Part shown: piece by piece, positions 1-8,051 of the stretch | How positions within the stretch are numbered: position 1 is the first letter of the stretch | Layout: every line of letters begins with the position of its first letter | NCBI RefSeq assembly: GCF_006345805.1 | Contig: NW_021825735.1 | Location: 1-14,814, forward strand | Direction: 5' to 3' | Length of the DNA stretch: 14,814 nt | Source: Octopus sinensis | Lineage: Eukaryota | Program-made: the position numbers and the translations under genes | The notes under the pieces: generated by a model | Told to the model about the DNA's origin: nothing | What the model saw: only the letters and a program-made list of their open reading frames with translations | The model's database searches: none

Positions 1-303
1 CTAGCAGAGCATAATGCAATATGTAAATTTAGGATATAAAAGGGATTAAATGGTCATATGTATTTTAGGGTACTCGGTGTAAATTTGGTTTGACCCAGTA
101 TATTAGCAAGGTTACGATTACATGTTACATAGGAGGGGAAGTCGGTTTGTTATTGCTTAAAAGTTTTCAATAAGTTATGCAGCCAGAATGAAATTTCGAG
201 GGTTTCCAAGTAAAAATATCTATTCATATATGTACAGGACCAACTACACGTGGAGTATTGGCAATTTTTTCCCTCCTTTTTTTCCTTTGGACTTTTTTAT
301 TGT
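1..303. repeat. Left arm of a long imperfect inverted repeat (partner 2158-2439); probably continues beyond the window edge
   Basis: GCATAATGCAATATGTAAATTTAGGATAT...GGACCAACTACACGTGGAGTATTGG...TTTGGACTTTTTT is the reverse complement of 2158-2439, with several short indels. Confidence 0.9.
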
Positions 304-550
304 TCTTATTTCCGAAGAAGAGCTATACTCCTTCCCCGAGCTGTCTTTTTAATACTTCGCATGTGTTACGTCCTTACGTTGTTGTTTTTTCTTATCTTTT
401 TCTCTCGCCGTTTTTTTTAAATTATAATATATATAATATATATATTATATATATATATATGTATGCATGTTTGAATTTTTGAATGTATGTATGTATAGAT
501 AGATAACTAGATAGATAAATTTACTTGAAAATATAATAATATAGATAATA

Positions 551-559
551 CATACACAC

Positions 560-604
<45 letters not shown>

Positions 605-610
605 ATATAT

Positions 611-661
<51 letters not shown>

Positions 662-708
662 TATATACACATATGAGTATGCTTACATATATATGTATAT
701 ATACACAC
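551..708. repeat. (CA)n / (TA)n compound microsatellite
   Basis: Visible dinucleotide runs. Confidence 0.95.
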
Positions 709-1225
709 ATATATGGGTACAGGACGTCACAAAACGTAAACAACACGAAATACGAAGAGAACATGAAATACGAAGGCAAACTTGGGTATGCGAACAATGA
801 GACAAACAAATGGAAAATAAGACAAGTAGCATAAAGTACGACCCTTCATCAGTTGTCGGCTATCCATCTACTACTCATTTCGAGCCACTGACGACACTAT
901 GAGGCTTCGAAAACAGTTGCAAACCAAAGTAAAATTTGGGATTTGCGGAGGGTCAAAGCTGGTAACACAGACAGAACAGTGGAGACACACAGCAAACCAA
1001 ATGAAAACAAACATGGAGGGCCGATATGCCAGACGAGGTAAGGTAGCGAACGCTAGAGGAATATTATCTTTGACAAGATAAGAGATAGAAGAGGAGACAG
1101 ATAAGAATGCGTCTGGTCTGTACGACAGATTGAAGGAAAAGAAAGATGATCACTTGAAGCAAAGTAAGATGGACGATGGTCACGCGTGAGCAACGAAATA
1201 GAGTAAAGGAGAAAGAGGGGGACTT
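708..1225 (-). mobile_element. Interspersed repeat fragment, probably the terminal (pLTR-like) region of a Penelope-like element
   Basis: 708-968 is inverted relative to 1227-1445, and ~1050-1220 is inverted relative to 4880-5047, so the segment is repetitive within the window. It carries a degenerate CTGATGAAG motif typical of PLE termini. The class assignment is inference. Confidence 0.5.
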
Positions 1226-1226
1226 G

Positions 1227-1443
1227 CTTTTGTTACCAACTTTGACCCACTGCGAATCCCAAATTTTATTTTGGTTTCAGGAGTAGATGGACAGCTGACA
1301 ACTGATGAAGGGTCGTTCTTTATGCTACTTGGCTATTTTCCATTTGTTTCTCTCGTTGCCCACATGCCCAAGTTTGCATTCGTATTTCATGTTATTTTTG
1401 CGTTTCGTATTGTTTACGTTTTGTGACGTCCTGTACCCATATA

Positions 1444-1445
<2 letters not shown>
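1227..1445 (+). mobile_element. Second, inverted copy of the 708-968 segment
   Basis: GTTACCAACTTTGACC...CTGATGAAGGGTCG...TTTTGTGACGTCCTGTACCCATATATG matches the reverse complement of 708-968 and lacks the ~50-bp segment at ~874-921. Confidence 0.85.
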
Positions 1446-1492
<47 letters not shown>

Positions 1493-1504
1493 ATATATAT
1501 ATAG

Positions 1505-1542
<38 letters not shown>

Positions 1543-1562
1543 ATTGTAATATTTCATATATA
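1443..1562. repeat. (TA)n microsatellite
   Basis: Visible. Confidence 0.95.
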
Positions 1563-1565
1563 CGC

Positions 1566-1974
1566 GCAGGAGTGGCTGTGTGGTAAGAAGCTTGCTTACC
1601 AACCACATGGTTCCGGGTTCAGTCCCACTGCGTAGCACCTTGGACAAGCGTCTTCTACTATAGCCTCGGGCTGACCAAAGCCTTGTGAGTGGATTTGGTA
1701 GACGAAAAATGAAAGAAGCCCGTTGTATATATGTATATGTATATGTGTGTGTGTTTGCGTGTCTGTGTTTCCCCCACCACCACCACCACCAACATCGCTT
1801 GACAACCGATGCTAGTGTGTTTACGTCCCCGTAACTTAGCGGTTCGGCAAAAGAAACCGATAGAATAAGTACTAGGCTTACAAAGAATAAATCCTGGGCT
1901 CGATTTCCTCGACTAAAGCCGGTGTTCCAGCATGGCCGCAGTCAAATGACTGAAACAAGTAAAAGAGTAAAAGA
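1566..1974 (+). mobile_element. tRNA-derived SINE, family A, full length
   Basis: A-box-like TGGCTGTGTGG, B-box-like GGTTCAGTCCC, an internal (TA/TG) microsatellite and an (AAAGAGT) tail. Homologous copies at 3638, 4628, 5694, 7772, 12397 and 14585. Confidence 0.9.
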
Positions 1975-2011
1975 GAGAGTATGTATATGTATATATGCAT
2001 ATACATACTAC

Positions 2012-2158
2012 CGCACTTGCCGCACTTACCCTTACCTCTCGAACACCATCCTCCTCACCGGCACCCATCATCGACCCTATCATATCACCGGGTCCTTCAC
2101 CTGCACTTCTACCAATGTCATCTACTGCATATTCTGCTCTCTCTGCCCTTCTCTATAC
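2012..2158 (+). pseudogene. Fragment of a Penelope-like element GIY-YIG endonuclease (truncated)
   Basis: Translates as RTCRTYPYLSNTILLTGTHHRPYHITGSFTCTSTNVIYCIFCSLCPSLY. This matches the PLE pattern CxxC...FTCxSxNVIYxIxCxxCxxLY(IG), truncated just before IGET. Confidence 0.8.
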
Positions 2159-2439
2159 AACAAAAAAGTCCAAAGAAAAAGGAAGGAGGGGAAAACATCT
2201 CCAATACTCCAGGTGTAGTTGGTCCTTTACATATATGAAGAGATTTTTATTCGGAAAACCCTCGAAATTGAATTTCATTCTGACTGCATAACTTATTGAA
2301 AACTTACAATAACAAACCGACTTCCCCTTCTATGTAATATATTGGGTCAAACCAAATTTACACCGAGTACCCCAAAATATATATGACCATTTAATCCCTT
2401 TCATATCCTAAATTTACATATTGCATTATGCTCCGCTAA
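2158..2439. repeat. Right arm of the long inverted repeat (partner 1-303)
   Basis: CCAATACTCCAGGTGTAGTTGGTCC...CATATTGCATTATGCTC is the reverse complement of 1-303. Confidence 0.9.
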
Positions 2440-2740
2440 CCCTCTTTTATGATTCCTCGTCCTATATTTTGTGACCTTTTACACGCATAATTACGTAATT
2501 CTCCTTCTAACGATTGTATTATCAGTTCGGTTTTATTTATACACTCAGTCAACCTTTTGCTTCTACATACAACATAGAATCAATGTTTCATCCTTATTTA
2601 TCCCAATATAGACAGAGGAGTCCTTGACACAGCCTAGCTAACTCCAACTCTCTCTTCTATTGAGTAAATCTTTCCGTACTGACCGTAATCTTAATTTCAT
2701 CTTGAATTTTAAACTCGATATTAATAACGATTTCAAATTT

Positions 2741-3124
2741 TGCCACAAGGACAGCAGTTTTGGGGTGGAGATGAGTCGATTACATCGACCCCAGTATTTC
2801 ACTGGTACTAATTTATCGACCGCGATGGAATATAAGGCAAAATCGACCTTGGCGCAATTTGAACTCAGAACGTAGGGACGGCGAAATACCTATTTCTTTA
2901 CTACCCACAAGGGGCTAAACGCAGAGAGGACAAACAAGGACAGACAAATGGATTAAGTCGATTATATCGACCTCAGTGTGTAACTGGTACTTATTTAATC
3001 GACCCTGAAAGGATGAAAGGCAAAGTCGACCTCGGCGGAATTTGAACTCAGTACGTAGCGGTAGACTAAATACTGCTTAGCATTTCGCCCGGCGTGCAAA
3101 CGATTCTGCCAGTTTGACGCCTTC
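2741..3124 (-). mobile_element. tRNA-derived SINE, family B, dimeric (full unit 2888-3124 plus a 5'-truncated second unit 2741-2890)
   Basis: On the minus strand: GGCGTCAAACTGGCAGAATCGTT (A-box-like) ... GAGTTCAAATTCC (B-box-like) ... GTCGACTTTGCCTTTCATCCTTTC body, which is present twice. Flanked by a 14-bp direct repeat at 2714-2727 and 3128-3141. Confidence 0.85.
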
Positions 3125-3141
3125 AAGCTCGATATTAATAA

Positions 3142-3347
3142 TGCTTTCTACTATAGGCACAAGGCCCGAAATTTTGGGGAGGGGAAGTTGATTACATCGA
3201 CCTCAGTACTCAACTGGTACTTATTTTACCGACCCCGAAAGGATGGAAGGCAAAATCGACCTCGGCGGAATTTAAACTTAGAACGTAAGGACAGACGAGC
3301 TACCGTCAAGCATTTAGCCCGGTGTGCTAACGATTCTGCCAGCGCGC
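3142..3347 (-). mobile_element. tRNA-derived SINE, family B, with a different 3' tail
   Basis: Same head and body as 2888-3124, but the tail reads GGCCTTGTGCCTATAGTAGAAAG on the minus strand. Flanked by CTCGATATTAATAA at 3128-3141 and 3355-3368. Confidence 0.85.
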
Positions 3348-3493
3348 AAACTTACTCGATATTAATAATACAATCTCTTCTGTCCTTATTTTTGACTTTT
3401 AAATCTGTGATTGTGTAAATAATTTATCTTCTATATATATATAATTATCAGTCTCTATTTATTGAACGTACAATTATCTGGTATATTTTATCA

Positions 3494-3549
3494 CACCACA
3501 CACACACACACACACACACACACATGGTATATATAATATATATATTATA

Positions 3550-3620
<71 letters not shown>

Positions 3621-3632
3621 ATATGAGTATAT
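3494..3632. repeat. (CA)n/(TA)n microsatellite
   Basis: Visible. Confidence 0.95.
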
Positions 3633-3637
3633 GCATC

Positions 3638-3773
3638 GTAGCTGCTTCCCAACCAATGGTTTCGGGTTCAGTCCCACTGCGTGGCACCTTGGGTAAATGA
3701 CTTCTACTATAGCCTCGGGTCGACCAAAGCTTTGTGAGTAGATTTTGTAGACAGAAACTCCAAAGCGCGTCGT
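3638..3773 (+). mobile_element. SINE family A, 5' half fragment
   Basis: GGTTCAGTCCCACTGCGTGGCACCTTGGG... homologous to 1590-1730. Confidence 0.85.
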
Positions 3774-3990
3774 ATATATACATACATACATACATACATA
3801 CATACATACAACATACATACAAACATACATACATATATACATACGTACATAAAAATACGTCACGATGTGTTATCGCTACTGTATATAACTCACTTTGATA
3901 TTAATCATTGTTTGATTTCACTTTTCAATATCAGCGACAGTGGGCGCTGGAAAAAGTATAAGTATTGTGAAGGAAATCTATTCTCGGCGA

Positions 3991-4062
3991 CAACTATGAT
4001 TGTCACACACGCTGACGAGAGGTCAATACCTCGAAACTCGAGTCCGTGTGTATCATAAGTTG
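3991..4062 (+). ncRNA. Type I hammerhead ribozyme, copy 1 (predicted cleavage after C4044)
   Basis: Core CTGACGA 4012-4018; stem II GAGG/CCTC with a TCAATA loop; GAAA 4033-4036; stem III AC-TCGA-GT; GTC cleavage triplet 4042-4044. Stem I is ACACACG/CGTGTGT, extended by TATGAT/ATCATA and CAAC/GTTG. Confidence 0.92.
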
Positions 4063-4340
4063 AAGACGGGAAGGATGACTTCCCTTTGCAAATACTGACA
4101 GGACACAGATAGTGTGTCTTGGCCAGCTGGAGGAGTGTGTCCTCCTGGGGCTAAAAACTACAGTAGCAGCCACCCTTAGGGGTTAGCCATATTGAAATGG
4201 CAAAAAACGTCACGATGTGTTATCGCTACTGTATATACTCACTTTGATATTTATCATTGTTTGATTTCACTTTTCAATATCAGCGACAGTGGGCGCTGGA
4301 AAAAGTTAAGTATTTGTGAAGGAAATCTAATTCTCGGCGA

Positions 4341-4410
4341 CAACTATGATTGTCACACGCTGACGAGAGGTCAATACCTCGAAACTCGAGTCCGTGTGTA
4401 TCATAAGTTG
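4341..4410 (+). ncRNA. Type I hammerhead ribozyme, copy 2 (predicted cleavage after C4392)
   Basis: CTGACGA 4360-4366, GAGG-TCAATA-CCTC, GAAA 4381-4384, ACTCGAGT palindrome, GTC 4390-4392. Stem I is CACACG/CGTGTG plus TATGAT/ATCATA. Confidence 0.92.
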
Positions 4411-4627
4411 AAGACAGAAGGATGCTTCCTTTTGCAATACTGACAGGACACAGATGTGTGTCTATGGCCAGCTGGAGGAGTGTGTCCTCCTGGGGCTAAA
4501 AACTACAGTAGCATCCACCCTTAGGGGTTAGCCATATTGAAATGGCAAAAAATACGTCACTATATATATATAATATATATATATATATTTATGTGTGTCG
4601 TTGCGTATGTATATGTGTATTTCTACG

Positions 4628-4812
4628 CCCACCATCGCTTAGCAACCAATGTTGGTGTCTTTGCACCCCCGGAACTTAACGGTTCGGCAAAACAACGATA
4701 GAATAACTACGAAGCTTACAAAGAATAAGTCCTGGGGTCAATTTCTTCGACTGAAGGACGGTGCTCCAGCATGGCCGCAGTGAAACGACGGAAACAAATA
4801 AAAGAATAAAAG
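4628..4812 (+). mobile_element. SINE family A, 3' half fragment
   Basis: CCACCATCGCTT...GGTTCGGCAAAA...GGTGCTCCAGCATGGCCGCAGT homologous to 1790-1974. Confidence 0.85.
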
Positions 4813-4879
4813 TATATATATATGTGTATGTGTGTATGTGTATGATGATAGTGATCATCATCATCATCATCATCATCTC

Positions 4880-5047
4880 TCTTTCCCTCCCTTCTTTCTC
4901 CTTTACTCTCTCTCTCTCTCTCTCGTTGCTCACACGTGACCATCATCCATTTTTCTTTTCCTTCAGTCTGTCGCACAGACCAGACCCATTCTTATCTGTC
5001 TCATATTTTATCTGTTCTCTTGTCAAAGACAATATTCCTACAAGCAT
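4880..5047 (+). mobile_element. Interspersed repeat fragment, inverted homologue of ~1050-1220
   Basis: CGTTGCTCACACGTGACCATC...TTTTCCTTCAGTCTGTCGCACAGACCAGACCCATTCTTATCTGTCTC...TTGTCAAAGACAATATTCCT is the reverse complement of 1050-1220. Confidence 0.8.
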
Positions 5048-5693
5048 ATATATATAAATAATGATATATATGTATGTATGAATGTATGTATACACACACA
5101 CACACACACACAATATACAGGTTTTTTTTATTAGTTCAGATCCACCTAGTTCAGCCTCTCTAGATATAGGCTTACTCAGGTTGTTACACTATGAGACTGT
5201 TTTAAGCACCGTGTGTCTATGTGATAGAACTTCCCAGGGTAAATACAGCTGTTTTTGGCGTTCTAACAATATAGCCACGTTAAGTTGGTTATAAGGATTG
5301 TCATTTTGGTATTAATACTGTCGCCGTCGGTAATATTTTTTAATAAGCCTGCAGGCTATTTGCGACATCAGTGTCAGGAAAGACACAGTTAATTTCTATA
5401 TCATTAACTGTGAAATTTCGTTTCTATGCCTGCCACTGAAGAAGCGCAGTATGCAAAAATCCCGTAATCTGGCAGTTCCAGCGCCAATGCTATATGATTC
5501 TCATTTGTTACGGTATATGTTAGTACTTTTAAGCAAAGTGCTTCTATATAAGAGGACCTCTCAAGGCGAATATTTCACTAATTGGCGCTCTAACTATATA
5601 TACACGCAAAGTTAGCTATAAAGATTCCCTTTTTGGAATTAATAATGTTCCATCGTTTATATATATAATATATATATATATATATAATATATA

Positions 5694-6097
5694 CTCTTTA
5701 CTCTTTACTCTTTACTTGTTTCAGTCATTTGACTTCGGCCATGCTGGAGCCACCGCCTTTAGTCGAGCAAATCGACCCCGGGACTTATTCTTTGTAAGCC
5801 CAGTACTTATTCTATCGGCTCTTTTGCCGAACCGCTAAGTAACGGGGACGTAAACACACCAGCATCGGTTGTCAAGCAATGCTAGGGGGGACAAACACAG
5901 ACACAACATATCACACACACTTATATATATATATACATATATACGACAGGCTTCTTTCAGTTTCCGTCTACCAAATCCACTCACAAGGCATTGGTCGGCC
6001 CGGGCCTATAGCAGAAGACACTTGCCCAAGATGCCACGCAGTGGGACTGGACCCGGAACCATGTGGTTGGTTAGCAAGCTACTTACCACACAGCCAC
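5694..6097 (-). mobile_element. SINE family A, full length, minus strand
   Basis: Reverse complement of 1566-1974 from tail to head (ACTTACCACACAGCCAC). Confidence 0.9.
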
Positions 6098-6133
6098 ACA
6101 CACACATTCATACATATTTACTATTATTATTAC

Positions 6134-6334
6134 GGCAGGATTGTTAGAACGCCGACCAAAATGCTTAGCTGCATTTCGTCCACTTTACGTTTTGAGTTCG
6201 AATTCCGCCGAGGTCGATTTTGCTTCTCATCCTTTCGGGGTCGATAAATTAAGTACCAGTGAAACACTGCGGCCGATGTAAAGGACTAGTCCCCTGCCAA
6301 CAAATTCAGGCCTTGTGCCTATAGTAGAAAGGAT
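6134..6334 (+). mobile_element. SINE family B with (TTA)n tail
   Basis: GGCAGGATTGTTAG...GAGTTCGAATTCCGCCGAGGTCGA...TCATCCTTTCGGGGTCGATAAATTAAGTACCAGT...GGCCTTGTGCCTATAGTAGAAAGG. Confidence 0.88.
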
Positions 6335-6335
6335 C

Positions 6336-6379
<44 letters not shown>

Positions 6380-6492
6380 AATTATTATTATCATCATCAT
6401 CATCATCATCATCATCGTCATCATCATCATCATCGTCATCATCATCATCATCATCATCATCAGCATCATCATCATCATCATCATCATCATCA

Positions 6493-6529
<37 letters not shown>
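6335..6529. repeat. (TTA)n-(TCA)n-(TTA)n compound trinucleotide microsatellite
   Basis: Visible. Confidence 0.95.
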
Positions 6530-7073
6530 GAGTGAGAGAGCAGTGCCTGCCATCAAATTGACACTGGGGTAAAATATACGAAGCCCAGCATACCCATCAG
6601 GATTACCCCTCTGATAAGGGTACACTAGGCACATGCATCACAACCATATGTGCGCGACATGGTGATCTCATATCAAGATAAACAGCACATGACCTTCCAG
6701 GTGGAGCTCAGTTAGACTTTTCTTCTGGTCGAGTAACCCATCCTGCTCAAAAGATCCCTGATTAAGGGTTGTTTAAGGATGATGAACGAAACACCCATGT
6801 TTCCAGAGGTGAAGTATTCAAACCCCAAAGAATCCCTTTCAATACAAGGCTATGATGCTCCCCCACTACTTCTGCTCATGATCAGAGATGCACATATCGT
6901 CAGCCACTAAGGGACATACTCAACTGGTTAAGGTCAAACAACTGACAAGCAAATCTGTGGTATTGAGCAGAATATTTGCTGTAGCCTATCTTTAATACCA
7001 AGACAAAACAATGTACATGATAACACTTCCAATCAGAAGCCATGAGAGTCACTGTCTGGTACTGCATCAGGGC

Positions 7074-7076
<3 letters not shown>
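6530..7076 (-). mobile_element. ~547-bp non-coding interspersed element of unassigned class, with an (AAT)n tail on the minus strand
   Basis: A sharply bounded complex-sequence block between two trinucleotide microsatellites, with no convincing ORF. I recall it as a common octopus repeat, but there is only one copy in this window. Confidence 0.5.
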
Positions 7077-7127
<51 letters not shown>

Positions 7128-7143
7128 GATTATCATTATTATT

Positions 7144-7184
<41 letters not shown>

Positions 7185-7210
7185 TATTATTATCATCATT
7201 ATTATTATTA
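7077..7210. repeat. (TTA)n-(TCA)n-(TTA)n compound microsatellite
   Basis: Visible. Confidence 0.95.
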
Positions 7211-7434
7211 AGGCGGCGAGTTGGCAGAATCGTTAGCGAGCCAGACGAAATACTTAGCGGTATTTCACTCGTCGCTACGATTTGAGTTCAAATTCCTCCG
7301 AAGTCGACTTTACCTTTCATCCTTTCGGGATCGATTACTTAAGTACCAATTAAACACTGGGGAGGCGGGGTTGATGTAATCACCACATCCTTGCTCCAAA
7401 ATGGCAGCCCCTTGTGGCAAAATATGAAACCATT
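7211..7434 (+). mobile_element. SINE family B, full length
   Basis: AGGCGGCGAGTTGGCAGAATCGTTAG head, GAGTTCAAATTCC B box, GTCGACTTTACCTTTCATCCTTTCGG body. Confidence 0.88.
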
Positions 7435-7447
7435 GTCATTATTATAA

Positions 7448-7484
7448 AGGCGGCGAGCTGGCTGGATAGTTAGAGCGCCAGGCA

Positions 7485-7485
<1 letters not shown>
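7448..7485 (+). mobile_element. SINE family B head fragment followed by (GACA)n
   Basis: AGGCGGCGAGCTGGCTGGATAGTTAGAGCGCCAGGC. Confidence 0.65.
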
Positions 7486-7516
<31 letters not shown>

Positions 7517-7771
7517 TGACAGACAGATAGATAGAGAGACAGATAGACACACACACACACATACATACATATATACATATGAACATTCAAAATATTTATA
7601 TATATATACATATATATACACACCCACTTCACATACGCACGCGCGCGCGAACAAGGACATAATCGTTTGATTGTAGGCTTGTGTCATTAGGTACACAAAG
7701 GAAGTCAACTGTGACTATGTATAGCTAGATAAATATACATACATAATTACATATTCGTCTTTTTTTTTTTT

Positions 7772-8002
7772 CTTTTGTAGTTTCAGCTCATAGCTGTGGC
7801 CATGCTGGAGCACCGCCTTTACTCGAACAAATTGACCCCAGGACTTATTTGTTGTAAGCCTAATACTTATTCTACCGGTCTCTTTTTGCCGAACCGCTAA
7901 GTTACGGGGGACGTAAACACACCAGCATTGCTTGTCAAACGATGGTGGAGAGATAAACAGATACACCAAAACACACACCACATATATATATATATATATA
8001 TA

Positions 8003-8051
<49 letters not shown>

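Larger units (their letters stand above)
3851..4560 (+). mobile_element. Head-to-tail dimer of a ~348-350-bp unit carrying hammerhead ribozymes (candidate non-LTR retrozyme)
   Basis: CGTCAC recurs at 3858, 4208 and 4555. The two units are near-identical, with differences that are mostly 1-2-nt indels. Each unit contains a complete type I hammerhead. Confidence 0.85.

Noticed and set aside
310-400. CCGAAGAAGAGCTATACTCC resembling a PLE terminal hammerhead
   Set aside because: The core is mutated (CCGA) and the GAAA/stem III part is missing, so it is non-functional and the assignment is uncertain.
844-915. Hammerhead-like motifs: CTGACGA...GAAA on the + strand (888-912) and CTGATGA on the minus strand (844-850; also 1302-1308 on +)
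   Set aside because: Stem II does not pair or GAAA is absent, and no stem I / NUH site can be built. At most these are decayed relics.
1566-1645. tRNA gene calls for the SINE heads (families A and B)
   Set aside because: A/B boxes are present, but there is no complete cloverleaf and the heads continue into repeated SINE bodies.
3867-4443. ORFs 3867-4058 and 4192-4443 in the tandem repeat
   Set aside because: They are not conserved in frame between the two units and have no protein similarity that I recognize. The RNA structure explains the repeat better.
3851-4560. CRISPR-like or satellite interpretation of the tandem repeat
   Set aside because: There are no short repeats with unique spacers, the context is eukaryotic, and only two long units are present.
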